64,000 bases of DNA from Mobula hypostoma (taxonomy: Eukaryota), in assembly GCF_963921235.1 (NCBI RefSeq), contig NC_086097.1:20028001-20092000 (forward strand), given 5' to 3'. The position numbers and the translations under genes are program-made. Below the pieces are notes generated by a model, which worked only from the letters and a program-made list of their open reading frames with translations, was not told where the DNA came from and did not search any database. Shown in pieces: positions 62,549 through 64,000 of the stretch (positions are counted from its first letter, which is position 1; the number at the start of each line of letters is the position of its first letter).

Positions 62549-64000
62549 CTGTGGAAGGAGAGATACAGAATTTGATATGATTAGTCAATACTTACACCGA
62601 TTTGTTCCAGCAAGAATAGATCAGTGTTGGATCCCCTAGTGTTTGACGTATATATTAACAATTTGGATGGAAAATGTAAGTAGCACGATTAGTAAGTTTG
62701 CAAATGACCAAAATAAGTGGTATGGTACACAATGAAGAAAGTTATCTAAGATTGTACCAGGATCACAATCAACTGAGAAAGTGACCCAAGCAATGGCAGG
62801 TGGAATTTAATTTAGACCAACGGGAAATAATGCATTTTGGAAACAAACTAGTGCAGGATTTGTGCAGAAATGTCAGGGTGCTGGGGAGTGTTGTAGAACA
62901 GCAGAGCTTAGGAGTCAAACACATACTGTAATTCCATGTAAATGGCAACACAGGTAGACAGAACACTCGGCTACATCAGGTGAGGCTTTGAGTACAACAG
63001 GTGAGACGTCATGTTAACAGTTGTATAGGACATTGGTGAGACCACACCTGGAATATGGAATGCAGGTCTGTCAGGTTGCCATAATGTAGGAAGGATGTAA
63101 TTAAGCTAGGAGGGGTGCAGTAAAGGTTCACAAGGATGTTGTTGCAACTGAGGAGCTTGAATAATGAGTAAGCACAGGATAGTCCCAGCCTTTTTTCCCT
63201 GGAGCAAAGGATCTTATAGAGATTCATAAACATAATAAGGGGCATAGATAGAGAAACACCAATACTTCTAAAAGGTAACTTGACGAGCAACTAAAATTTG
63301 AGCTGGGAAGTAGTATTGACCCAGACAGATACTTCTTATACCTATGTTATTTACTTCTTTAGGGATACAACATGGTAACAGGCCCTGCTGGCTCAAAAAG
63401 CCCAAACTGTCTAATTACAGATATGTGCCCCATTAACCTACTAACTCGTATGTTTTTGGAACGGGGAGGCAACTTCTTGATCATTCTGGACTCAATACAC
63501 CAACTAGCTTCTTTACTGTGATGTTTTTTTTATGAGGTGTTCATATCTGATTAGCAAATTATAGTGTTCCTGTTAAAGTGGTTCTTCCAGCTAGAGTGAA
63601 ATTCAAAGAAAAAATCTGCAGGTGTTAGAAATCTGAAAAAATATGGAAAAACTCATGGATCAGGCAAATATTCTGCTGGATTCAATTTCAATACATGAGT
63701 GCTAAGGTGTACATCTTTGTACTTCTGTAGAATGGCAGTTCACAACATCGATCTTGCCAGCAAAACCCAGATCCTGAAATGCACTTTAGACAGAACTATA
63801 CACATTGTCAATATGTTGCATCAGCAGTGTTCCCTTGTTTACAAGAATTGTATCCAAGCTGTCTCCACTTTAGCATGAGAGCACTCTGCTTGAATTAGAA
63901 GACTGGGTCTTGAGAACAAAATACTTCTCCACTTCCCAATGTAGCACAAGGGAATAATGCTATATTGCCACAGCTGCAAATTTTCAATTGGACATTAAGC

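Overview
Eukaryotic, intron-rich vertebrate DNA, most likely from a cartilaginous fish (inferred from HE1/V-SINE-like, CR1/HER1-like, Rex1/Babar and Penelope repeats). It carries the conserved LIN52-ALDH6A1-BBOF1 gene block. LIN52 (- strand) has coding exons 1-5; its last exon lies left of the window. It sits head-to-head with a complete 12-exon ALDH6A1 (+, 524 aa) across a 348-bp CpG-rich bidirectional promoter. The last five coding exons of BBOF1/CCDC176 (-) converge on ALDH6A1. All splice junctions were read by eye, are GT-AG and keep frame. Introns are filled with retroelements and DNA-transposon MITEs, often nested. I found no convincing new protein-coding system. The most interesting signals are RNA-level and mobile-element ones: Penelope-derived palindromes carrying minimal hammerhead cores, a modular RTE/tRNA SINE set with clean TSDs, a solo LTR split by a young CR1, and a nested hAT MITE that appears to have used a cryptic end.
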